A DNA stretch of 64,000 bases, taken from Octopus vulgaris. Its lineage: Eukaryota. The notes beneath the pieces are model-generated. The model was not told the DNA's origin. It ran no database searches and worked only from the letters and a program-made list of their open reading frames with translations. This document shows positions 53,793 through 64,000 of the stretch, one piece after another; the stretch's first letter is position 1; each line of letters begins with the position of its first letter. The stretch covers positions 46,810,001 to 46,874,000 of the forward strand of contig OX597814.1 in the NCBI GenBank assembly GCA_951406725.2, written 5' to 3'. Made by a program: the position numbers and the translations under genes.

Positions 53793-55024
53793 CAAGGTGG
53801 TACCAAAAAGTTCCTAGACTAGTTATGTTTAATAAAAAATAACTTATTTACCTAATTTTTAACATCATTTCTTTCAGAATAGTCACCCAGCTTTCCTGCT
53901 ACTTTTGGAATCTGGCCTGGAATTCGTTTTTCATAAGCGAGTTGAGGACCTTCTGCAATTTACTCTTTATCTTGACAACAGTGTTAAAATAATGACCTTT
54001 TAGCTGCATTTTCATCTTGAGGAAGAGATGGAAGTTTGTAGGTGCTAAGTCTGTCAAATAGGGTGGATACGGAAGTGATACCATGTGGTTTCTGGGGAGA
54101 AACTCAGTGACGATGCATTGTTGCCGTGAAGAATTGGATTCTTCACACTCCCCAGATCTGATTGCTTTTGCCGAATGTCTCCCTCAGACACTTCAAAATG
54201 TTGCAATAAAACTCTCAATTGACATTCTGGCCCTGACGAACGAATTGTCAATGCACAATACTATGGAGCAATGAACATGCTCTTGATTGAGCAGTGACTC
54301 TGTTGTGCCTTCATCGGTCATAGAGATGAAGTGCTCTTCCATTGTGATGACTGCTGCTTCATCTCAGGGTCATACCCCAACTCATCACCAGTGATAATCC
54401 TTGACATGAAAGATGGGTCATCAGTGGCTTGCTGATGGAGATCTTGACAGACTTTGGCATAATGTTCTTTCTGCTCGGTGGTCAGCAGGTGGGGCACAAA
54501 CTTGGTAAAGACATGCTGCATGTTCAATTCAGATGTTAGGATTGCCTGCATGGACCTATACAACAGACCAAATAACATCAGCAATGTTGTTGATTGTTCT
54601 CTGACAATTCTCAAACATGTGCTAATGAATTTTCTACACGTTTCCAAGGGTGACACTTGTGGCAGGTCTTCCAGGGACATTGCTCTGCTTTTGAAGCACC
54701 CATGCCACTCCAAACATTGTGTACAACTCTTTGCCTCATTGCTGTAAGCTTGCCAAAGCATACTTAATGTCTCTACAGCAGATTTCCCAAGTTTAATCCA
54801 AAATTTCTCATTGGCTCTTTGTTCCTTTCCACAACAAAAATTGCAGACTACAGCATACATGTTATCACACAAACACAAATTTCACAATTGCAAAGTAAAC
54901 AGCGATTTCACTCAGCACACTGCCTCATGAAGGCCACTGTTAACTCTCACTGCACGTACAACCATGTGCTGTCATTTGTTGGCGTTCTATAGAAATAGTT
55001 CAGGAACTTTTTGATACCTCCTCG
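53793..55024 (-). mobile_element. Full-length decayed mariner transposon, same family as 25490-26793
   Basis: TA TSDs at 53791-53792 and 55025-55026; TIRs caaggtggtaccaaaaagttcctagacta / tagttcaggaactttttgatacctcctcg. Peptides KFVPHLLTTEQK, RIITGDE and PYPPYLTDLAPTNFHLF; frameshifted. Confidence 0.95.
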
Positions 55025-56261
55025 TAGGTTGATTAAAAACAAAATTTTAAAGGTATTAGATGTCTTGGTATAAAATATATCAGCTACTTAAAACAATTGC
55101 TTGATTAATTCACTGGGAATAGTAGGCAAGATCTGTTAGTAAGATGTACTAATTTCTATTGCAAGTACTTTAAAGTAGTATGAAGAATATTGGGAAACTG
55201 TTGCTTCTTTCAGCAACATGGATCATAGCATATCTGTCTATCATTGTCTGTCTGTCACTTACCTCATCAGCTTCTTTGTTTATCCATGCAGGCATTGGTT
55301 TTATAGGTCTTCTCTAGCTTGGCAACGTACCACTTGTTATGGTCTTTTGTCATCTCCTCCATGACTTTTAGCTTCCTCAGCTCATCTTTCAGCAGCCCCT
55401 CCTGTATTAACACACACACAAAAAAAAATTAGTGGTACCTGTACAGTTAAAGAATCACCATGTGTTTAGAAAGTGGCCAGTTATCAAAGACATTGGCTAA
55501 TGTAAACAGAGATGATCTTTGCTCCTCATTGATAGTATATAATATGAATATTGGGAATGAAAGGTAAATGTAGACCAAAGAAGATGTGGGTGATATTGAA
55601 AGGTCAGACTTAACAAATGGGTCTGGCAGATGCTATATTTCAGACTTGCCAATCTATGCCAACATCAAAAACTACATTACATTGCTGCTGATGATAATGG
55701 GGTGGTGGTTTCCTGATGAGCATTGAATTTTTATTGATTAAAAGCTGGAATACCATAAATGCATTTAACTTTATCCGTATTTTGCTTTTAAATTTGTTCT
55801 CAAAGCTTATACTTTGCTAATAAAAATATCTATGCATGTATGATTAAAATTGCATTAGAAGAGAAGTTTTTCATACTAAAAGCAACAATTTCTATTCTAC
55901 AAATATTAAAAAAAAAAAGCTAAAAAGGAAAAAGAAAGTAAAAATTAGAGGTTCTTCAATAAAAACTTTAGTGACCAATTATTTTAACTGAAATGATTGC
56001 TGAATCGATGGAACTAGTGTAATTTATCCAAAATGAATGCTCTCAGCCACCAGAAACATGTTTGCAAATATTTAATGGATACCAAATAAATAAAAAAATT
56101 CTTTTCCTTTCTTGTTTAGGCCCATTATCTGATATCTGTTGGCTAGCAATAAGAAAACGGATAGACAAAAGTCTTTGTTGCTATTACTAATTGACTATTT
56201 ATAATAAAATTAATAGATTTTTTTTTGCACGTAGTTGAAAATTACATTGTAAATCAATACT

Positions 56262-56295
<34 letters not shown>

Positions 56296-56479
56296 TGAGA
56301 TAGTTATTTGGAATATGGTGATTTTAGTAAAAAAAAAAATCCTTTGTTTAAGAATTTTTGAATTAAGCAATGGAGTCCCCAGCATGACTGCAGTTTTCAA
56401 GCTGAAACTAGTTAAAGAGGTGTGTGTCGTACCTTATACAAAAGCCTTTGAATCACTTATGTAGATTTACATCTTGTAT

Positions 56480-56673
56480 ATAGGTTAGTTTAGTTCCACT
56501 GTGTGGCACCTTAGCCAAGTGTCTTCCACTATAGCTTTAGGGTAACCAAAGTCTTATGAGTGGATTTGGTAGATGGAAACTGAAAGAAGCCTGTTGTGTG
56601 TGTGTGTGAGTTTGTGTCCTTGTCTTGACATCATGCAAGCGTGGAAAAGTGGGTATTAAATGATGATGATACA

Positions 56674-56712
<39 letters not shown>
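56480..56712 (+). mobile_element. tRNA-derived SINE fragment followed by (TG)n(GA)n
   Basis: ccactgtgtggcaccttagccaagtgtcttccactatagc...ggtagatggaaactgaaagaagcc. Confidence 0.75.
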
Positions 56713-56713
<1 letters not shown>

Positions 56714-58530
56714 TAATAGTAGAAAAATTCAGAACAGTCTTGTCTTAATTTGAGAAATTCATTCATTCAGATTTGGTATCAGTATGACTAAAGGGAAAAA
56801 AAAATGGAAAGAATATTACTATTGTAGTTGTATTTAATTAATATCAATTGTATTTTTATTATCAACCAAATTGCATGAGCAAATACCTATTCTGAATATT
56901 TTTCAATAAGAAATAATTGGTTAAATTAAGTGGAAAAAAACAACAACATAGAAATACAATTATTTTAATTTATCTAAATTGATAAGCAAATGAATGATAT
57001 TCTGTCACATGCTACCATTAGTACTACATCTTCTGCTACTGCAGATTTATCAGATTTAGGAGAAGGGTAATAAGTCATCAATATTTTCTCTATTTATTGA
57101 TTGACTGATTGACAGCTGTAATTGATTAAATATCTTCTTTATTGTTACCATTATCAAAGTAATTTCTATAGGAAATGCAATACTAGCTGTTATCTGCAAT
57201 ATCTGGAATTAGAAACAAGCTGGAAGAGAAAGCAAAAAAAAAAAAAAAATACTGGATTAATAGCATATATTTCCAATAGTAGAAGTAAAATCTCTAGTCG
57301 TCCTTTTGAAGCATCTTCTTGTCTTCTTTGTTTCAAGCCAAGATTTTGTACATCTACAAGCATACAAAAGGCAACCGAGGAAGTATTACAATTTAAATGA
57401 AAATGTGCATACTGACAAAGCTGTTGATTGAAAAAAAAATTCATTTATGAGTTTGGAAAATGAATTATTAGTATTAGATAAAAAAAAAATTTACCTTATT
57501 TTAATTAAAATATTCTGTTCATTTTGAAACTGGAATTTATAGCATTTTCAAAATCAGTTCTTTTAACACTTTTTCACCATGTTAGCATAGGTCGGAGGCA
57601 GGAACTAATTTAGAGGCAGCATTTTATGGTCATACACCCTTCCTGTCATGTGCCCTTATTCTTTTTATCAAATTATTATTTATTCGTTCTTTTCACACTA
57701 ATTCACAAAATATTTACATTCTTATAATTGTACCTCAGAACAAATAAATAAATAAATAAAAGAAATCCAACAAAATGCAATGGAATTATATACACTTACA
57801 TGTGTTATATTTGTAATATGAGTTTTTAGAATTACTCAGTACCTCATTTGATTTGCCTTCATATCATCATTGCATCAAATAAATAATTTCGCTGTCTTCA
57901 TGGATGCACCCCCCCCCACGCACTTCATATTGTTTATTTCAAGATGCATCTGCTCATGAAACCATCAGTCATTGAATCACCAAGAGAGCATCTGTCTGGT
58001 CTTCCAACCTGTTAGAAAAATAATAACCAAATCTCCCTTAAATCATATCCTATCATTAAACAATGTAGACCTGGAAACCTTTAAAAAGGCACGATGGTAA
58101 TGACAGGGATGTTTTTGATCATAGGTATGCATCATCAAAATTGGCTTGTTTATCAGCCACCATAGCACACACACACACACACACACGGCATGTAAAAACG
58201 ACCCACTACCCTCTCAGAGTGATTGGCATTTGGAAGGGCATCCAGCTGTAGAAACCATGCCAGCATGAAAAGTGGACGTTAAACAAAAATGATGGTGATA
58301 TATATATATATAAACAATATGGGCCACCTACATTATATATATATATATATATATATATTTAATGAAATGGATAAATGAATTATCTTGTTACGGATTATTC
58401 AAATTATAACCGATACCTGGGTAGCAAAAATCACAACAGAAAAATCACGGTTGAGGTTACGACCATGGGGTATCGCAACCGTGCCTTAGTGCGGATAATT
58501 GAAGTTTTATATTTAGATATTGAGAGACAG

Positions 58531-58770
58531 TCTTGTCAAGCAATGCTAGAGGAACAAACACAGACACATACACACACACATACATATATATATATATACA
58601 TATATACGACAGGCTTCTTTCAGTTTCCGTCTACCAGATCCACTCACAAGGCATTGGTCGGCCCGGGGCTATAGCAGAAGACACTTGCCCAAGATGCCAC
58701 GCAGTGGGACTGAACCCGGAACCATATGGCTGGTTAGCAAGCTACTTACCACACAGCCACTCCTGCGCCT
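58531..58770 (-). mobile_element. Young tRNA-derived SINE, 3'-truncated
   Basis: Minus strand aggcgcaggagtggctgtgtggtaagtagcttgc...ccgggttcagtcccactgcgtggcatcttgggcaagtgtcttc; CpG-rich; similarity stops after gcttgacaa. Confidence 0.9.
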
Positions 58771-59458
58771 ATATATATATATAAACAATATGGGCCACCT
58801 ACATTATATATATATATATAAACAATATGGGCCACTTACATTTTATATATATATATATATATGAAATCATAATTATGCTTTGTTTATTTACATCTGTATT
58901 TAGTAAACATATGCAAACAGCAAAAAGAAAATATCACTCATAAAGCAGAAGGTGGACGATAATAATAATATGTTTTAAACTTCGTCATTTTAGCTTCCAT
59001 ATCTATTTTTCATTGATATTTTCCACTGAATGAGCAAGACAGTATAAATACCTTTCTTCATATTACCATCAATTATTAGTATAAATTTTTCTTATTGTTC
59101 TCTCTTATGAAATCCTTAACTGTGCTAATGTTTTCTTTATCAGTTTCTGCTCTAATTGACATGTGTATTTATTTATTCAATTTCATTCTTACTGTAAGTC
59201 AAAAATATTTCAGTTTTTGTCTTATAACATATCTTATAACCCTTTGCTGTTATCAAAATGTTTCTAGCTGTTAATTACTTTCTAAAGAAAGTATTCAGCT
59301 TGATTTATAATTTTGATTATCTCATTTACTTTTACTAAACCAATGGAATATTTTTGCTTTAGATTTTAAATACAGCTTCTAACCAATGGAATGTTTAATT
59401 TTCAGCCAATTATTAAATTTCCCAAGTTACCTTAAATTTAAAAAATTTTCTTTTTTAG

Positions 59459-59566
59459 GTCTGTTTCTTGCGTTTGATGAGAACAGAGACAATCATATTG
59501 ATTTCAAGGAAATGGCTTGTGGCATATCAGCTTGCTGTCGAGGTCCAAAAACAGAGCAACAGAAAT
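59459..59566 (+). CDS. USP32: USP32 coding exon (exon 7 equivalent), canonical EF-hand
   Basis: tttttag acceptor, T/gttagt donor; 108 nt. Encodes (G)LFLAFDENRDNHIDFKEMACGISACCRGPKTEQQK, with EF-hand loop DENRDNHIDFKE. Confidence 0.97.
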
Positions 59567-60168
59567 GTTAGTTTTTTTTTTGTTGTTGCCATTTTTTTTT
59601 ATTTATACAATCTATATCAATAAAAACTTAATGTACACTTGACTTAATAGGCTTCACAATGTTCCAGAAAAGAATTCTGTTTATAATGGGAGTGGGGGTG
59701 GAGTTGTGTGCATGCATATGTGCATACATGTGTCCGCAATTGTAAATGTTTGCTTCCAGTTATTACAATTGCCAAAAACCTAAAAACTGTATTTGTTCTG
59801 GATTGCTTTCTTTGAATTTGAGCTTAGTGCTATGATAGTTTTGTAAAATACAGAAAAAAATTAGTACACATCCGAGTGCAAGTATAAAAATTATGCTTAT
59901 TTTGGAAATAGTTTTTTTCTGTTTTTTTATAAAAATTTATAATTTCAGAACCATAACACTAATAATTTCTTCAAAAATGAATGTAACCTTAGTTTGATGA
60001 AAATAAAATCTGAAAGATTTTGCAAATGTTTTGAAATAGAACTTTTAATTTCATTCATAACTTTCAATTTAGATAGCATTAAGATTTCTTAGAAGTATAT
60101 GAAAATTAAATGTGAAAACAGCTTATAATAGCAAATCTTAACTTCAGAAAGTTATTTTTAAGTGATAA

Positions 60169-60506
60169 GGTGCATGGCTCAGTGGTTAGAGTGTTGGGCT
60201 CACACTCATGAGGTAGTGAGTTCGATTCCCGGACCAGGCTGTGTGTTGTGTTCTTAAGCAAGACACTTTATTTCAATTTGCTCCTATTCACTCAGCTGTA
60301 GAAATGAGTTGCAATGTCACTGGCACCAGGCAGTATCAGTTGTTGCTTTCCCTTGGAGAATATCAATGGCATGGAGAGAGGAGGCTAGTATGCATGGGCA
60401 ACTGCTAGTCTTCCACAAACAACCTTGCCCAGACTTGTGCCTCGGAGGGTAACTTGCTAGGTGCAATCCTATGGTTACTTATGACTGAAGGTGGGGTGGG
60501 GGTCTT
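60169..60506 (+). mobile_element. tRNA-derived SINE with a Meta-domain-like core
   Basis: A box tggctcagtgg, B box gttcgattccc, then gtgttcttaagcaagacacttta...cactcagctgtagaaatgag, resembling the MetaSINE central domain as I recall it. Confidence 0.8.
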
Positions 60507-60638
60507 AAGATAGTGATACCACTTGCACTAGCTTAATTATGACATAATCATTTTATTAAATTCTTCATCAATTTTAAATTTTTAAATTGAAATATGGTAA
60601 CAAAAGTGTTAGTGTTTGTTTTCTTAATTGTTTTTCAG

Positions 60639-60754
60639 TTTGTTTCAAAATTTTTGATACTAATCATGAAGGAAAACTTGATAAAGATGGTTTGAAATCT
60701 ATGTTGGAAGCTCTTGTATTGATACGTAAAGAGAATAACTCACCAGAAGAACTG
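60639..60754 (+). CDS. USP32: USP32 coding exon (exon 8 equivalent), EF-hand-like
   Basis: ttttcag acceptor, CTG/gtatgt donor; 116 nt. Encodes (F)CFKIFDTNHEGKLDKDGLKSMLEALVLIRKENNSPEEL. Confidence 0.95.
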
Positions 60755-61518
60755 GTATGTAATGAGGCTTTTAATTTCATTGTACATTTGGCATTTATTA
60801 GGTTAGACATAAATATCAGTATTTGTCAATCAATACATTTTAGTCCTTTATTGCTTACTCTTATTGTCATACATGTCAGGATGTTGTTGAAATAGTTGAT
60901 TTGACTCAAAAGATTTTACTCACAGAATATTCTAAACTACAGTTGGATTAAAATTATCAAGTGTGGTTTTGAAGATACTTATTGCTGTTTGTAGTGTTTA
61001 ATCAAGATATTCTTAGTATCTCATAAACTGCTTTCCTCTCTATAAAAAAAATGTTTTAAATCTACAACACATTACGCTATGCCGTGTTTGTTGAATTATC
61101 TTAATATGTTTGATTTTCCTATGTAAAATATTACCTGAAGCAGTTAAATTTAGTGATAAAGATTTACATTTGTCATGACTTTTCTTCTGAATATTGTCAT
61201 TGCATAACAGATCTCACTTCTAATCTAAGGATACATAAAATGTACAGAAATATTTGTTAAAGAAAGAAACTCTTAATTTTCAAAATCAAAAACTATCTAA
61301 GCTTAAAATAACTAGGGTCAAATTTATTTAATACACAATTTTATGCCACTCCCAGGCTTTCTCTTTGATAATATTTTTATATTTTTTATGTAGCTATAAT
61401 GCAGTGATCAAATATTGCAATTTTAAACTTAAATTACTGTTAATTTTTTTTAAAGTGTATCAATATTTTATATTCCAGTTGTACATTAATATTATTTATG
61501 ATTTCTATTCTGTAAAAG

Positions 61519-61593
61519 GAAGATGATGTTTTCCATCGATTAGATCCTGAAACAGTTGCTATGGAAATTCTTCTTTGTCATGATGGAGACCAG
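61519..61593 (+). CDS. USP32: USP32 coding exon (exon 9 equivalent)
   Basis: Weak acceptor tgtaaaag, strong donor CAG/gtaagg; 75 nt, phase 0-0. Encodes EDDVFHRLDPETVAMEILLCHDGDQ. Confidence 0.85.
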
Positions 61594-61715
61594 GTAAGGT
61601 TCATATGTTTAGAAGTTTATATTTATTTAAAATTTTTCTCTCTTCTGTTATCTCCACTGTCTTGATACTATTAAATTCACAGAATATTATAGGATAATTT
61701 TCAAAACTCTTTCAG

Positions 61716-61799
61716 GATGGTTGTATCACCATGGAAGAATACTTGGTATGGACTGTTAACAATACACTTTCAGAAGACCTGCTCAATCTCCTCAGTCAA
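61716..61799 (+). CDS. USP32: USP32 coding exon (exon 10 equivalent)
   Basis: ctttcag acceptor, CAA/gtaagt donor; 84 nt. Encodes DGCITMEEYLVWTVNNTLSEDLLNLLSQ. Confidence 0.93.
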
Positions 61800-61995
61800 G
61801 TAAGTTGCCTGTGAATAATTTTATAAAGATTTGTAACTTATTGATTATGCAATAGCTTTAAATTAACTTTTTACTGTATTTAAATATATTTGTAATTTAT
61901 TAGAGCTGTTTGCTATTTAGCTGTAAAAATAGGTTATTTTGTTACATGAAGAAATGTAAATTACTGAACTTACTCTATTTTATCTTTTATTGTAG

Positions 61996-62057
61996 ATATG
62001 TCATATTGTATTGGGATTGCGACCCCTTACACGTGAAGAAGAAGGGAAGATAGTCAG
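61996..62057 (+). CDS. USP32: USP32 coding exon (exon 11 equivalent)
   Basis: ttgtag acceptor, AG/gttaag donor; 62 nt. Encodes ICHIVLGLRPLTREEEGKIV(R), containing the USP32 motif CHIVLGLRP. Confidence 0.95.
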
Positions 62058-62652
62058 GTTAAGAGAAATCATTTTTTGTGGCGTTTTTGATGTCTATATA
62101 TTACTGTCTTGCATCCTTTATGTTTGGTTATTTTTGGTTATTCTACAGTATTGGTCAATTTCCTTTTTATGACTTGTATGTTTTTGTTTTACTCTATTGT
62201 CATTTAGAAAGTATAGTATATGTTAAATTTTTGTGCTGTTGTGTTACATGACAGTCACACTTTAGAAGTAGTCATGGTAGGTGATGAAGATAATTAAAAA
62301 AATATAAAATTAAATACTTTTACTAGAATACAACTAAGCAAAAAGTAATCTTTACATGTTGAACATGGATTTAGAGGGTTATTTTTTTAGAGTTAAAATG
62401 ACTGGTAAATTATAGCATATTTGGTAAATGTAATTGGATACTTGTGAAGAAAGGTTTTTGGGTACCACTTTGATGTTGCTTTTTTTCCCCTCATATTTTG
62501 TCTCTGTTCATGTTTAGATTTAATATGTACAAATCTTATTTTAAAACCAATACTTTAACATTTATTGATGTAAAGCATGTAACACTTTTCAGTTTTTCTC
62601 ACTGTTTCTTCTCAATATAATTACATATACAAATCTCATTTTGTTTAATCAG

Positions 62653-62758
62653 GGGTTGGTTAGAGAGAGAATCAAGAAAAGCCTTAAAAGTTGGTCAGAC
62701 ATGGTACCTTATTAGTATGGCATGGTGGAATTCATGGAATGAGTATGTTACATCAGAA
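62653..62758 (+). CDS. USP32: USP32 coding exon (exon 12 equivalent), DUSP domain N-terminal part
   Basis: aatcag acceptor, GAA/gtaagt donor; 106 nt. Encodes GWLERESRKALKVGQTWYLISMAWWNSWNEYVTSE, with the DUSP pattern W-Y-L-I-S-x-x-W-W-x-x-W. Confidence 0.95.
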
Positions 62759-63103
62759 GTAAGTATTGAAGTTCATTTAATTAAAATAAAAATTGATTTG
62801 ATTTTTCTTTTAAAGAAAATATTGGTCAAATAATTGTTAAACATGAACTGTAATATACTTATTTGGACTAAATTACAAGAGATTTCCATCTTTTGTTCTC
62901 ATTGATAATTTCTTGTTATTGATAATATTAATTTTCTGTTTTATTGATTGCATTTTTATTTGTTTAATTGCTCACATCTTAAATATTGTTAAATTTTGCA
63001 TATTTTAATAGGACTTCAAATTTTTTAACAGATTTGATGATGATTTTTTAGAATCAAAGTAACTGCATGTTGCTGATTTAATTCTCCTTTTATCATTCAA
63101 TAG

Positions 63104-63508
63104 GCTCCGCTCTCATACAATGATATTGATTTTCCTATATCAAATGATATAAAATGGTCAAGTATAGACTATTTGGGCCGACAGAGAATTGCTAAGAACA
63201 ATAAGAACTCTTTAATTGCAATGGAAGATGATTCAGTTGTAATGGTGAATGTAACAAAAGTTGAAAATAGCTACACTATGCAATCAATGACATCTAGTCT
63301 TCTAGATGATCACTGTTCTCGGTCAGCTGTCAGTTTGTGTGGTAATGCACGACAAGAAACTCTTAACCCACTTGACATGTGCAGCAATACAGTAAATCGT
63401 AGTCCCAGTGCATCTCCGAAGATGCGAAAGAAAACTCAGGTATATCCAGCTCCCCAGAAGCCTGGAGCTATTGACAATAGTCCTCTTGTACAAATAAATA
63501 CATCAAAG
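63104..63508 (+). CDS. USP32: USP32 coding exon (exon 13 equivalent), DUSP insertion and PGAIDN motif
   Basis: caatag acceptor, AAG/gtaaaa donor; 405 nt, open throughout. Runs from APLSYNDIDF to PQKPGAIDNSPLVQINTSK; PGxIDN is the DUSP motif. The gene continues beyond the window. Confidence 0.9.
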
Positions 63509-63752
63509 GTAAAAAAAACCCTACATTTTTTTTCTTTTTGCTTATTAAATCTCAGTGTTTGATTAAAAACTTGAATACTGATTATGAATTATAAACCTCT
63601 TATAATTATTATATCTTTCCCAAAAGGCAACTTGCTGGCAAGTTATCTAAGAAATTTGGTGAAAATAGTTATTCACATTTGACTGTCTAGTAATAAGAAC
63701 TCGAGCTTGATTTTAATTTTTGCTTTACATGCAATAAACACAAAGTGCTATA

Positions 63753-63957
63753 CAGTAATCCCTTACCATATCATGGTTCAACTATTGCACGCTCAGAACA
63801 TTGTGGATTTTTCTGGCTAATATATGTAAATTTATATCCCAGTTTCCTCAGCACATTGCGGGTTTTTGTGGCCAATAGGTATTTATATTTTTTAGATTTT
63901 AATTATTTCTGTGGGAGGTTTTGGAATGTAACACCCATGATAGTCAAGGGATTATTG
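63753..63957. mobile_element. Tigger/pogo-like MITE
   Basis: TA flanks; TIRs cagtaatcccttaccatatcatgg / ccatgatagtcaagggattattg; CAGT terminus. Confidence 0.85.
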
Positions 63958-64000
63958 TAGTCTGATATTATTATTTGCCTTATATCTCATTAGACTATTA

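Noticed and set aside
54318-54878. 186-aa ORF as a functional or domesticated transposase
   Set aside because: The catalytic region is split by frameshifts and the motifs are damaged; it is a pseudogene fragment.
55712-55760. CTGATGAGC...GCTGGAATA as a hammerhead
   Set aside because: No intact GAAA box and no helix I or helix III pairing.
58311-58848. Repeated ~28-nt motif as a CRISPR-like array
   Set aside because: Eukaryotic intron, only three copies, irregular spacing with TA runs and no cas genes.

Overview
AT-rich animal genomic DNA. The SINE, RTE and MITE repertoire points to an octopus or other coleoid cephalopod; this is an inference. The window holds one spliced gene on the + strand: 12 internal coding exons (33016-63508) of a USP32 orthologue, covering the EF-hand region and the start of the DUSP domain. 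All 12 have GT-AG boundaries and a continuous reading frame. The first coding exon and the catalytic domain lie outside the window, so bases 1-33015 are probably one very large intron. The introns contain decayed RTE LINEs and their (GAT)n-tailed 3' ends, an internally deleted endonuclease/RT LINE, three mariner relics, piggyBac- and Tigger-like MITEs, several tRNA-derived SINE families and long TA/TG microsatellites. Almost all ORFs in the supplied track are spurious. The most interesting signal is non-coding: a near-complete minimal type I hammerhead ribozyme motif (core 31184-31216) on the sense strand of the USP32 pre-mRNA. It has a palindromic helix III and a long helix I, and sits in a Penelope-like direct/inverted repeat cassette. 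Further hammerhead-like motifs and long fold-back hairpins occur elsewhere in the introns. All calls were made by eye and repeat boundaries are approximate.
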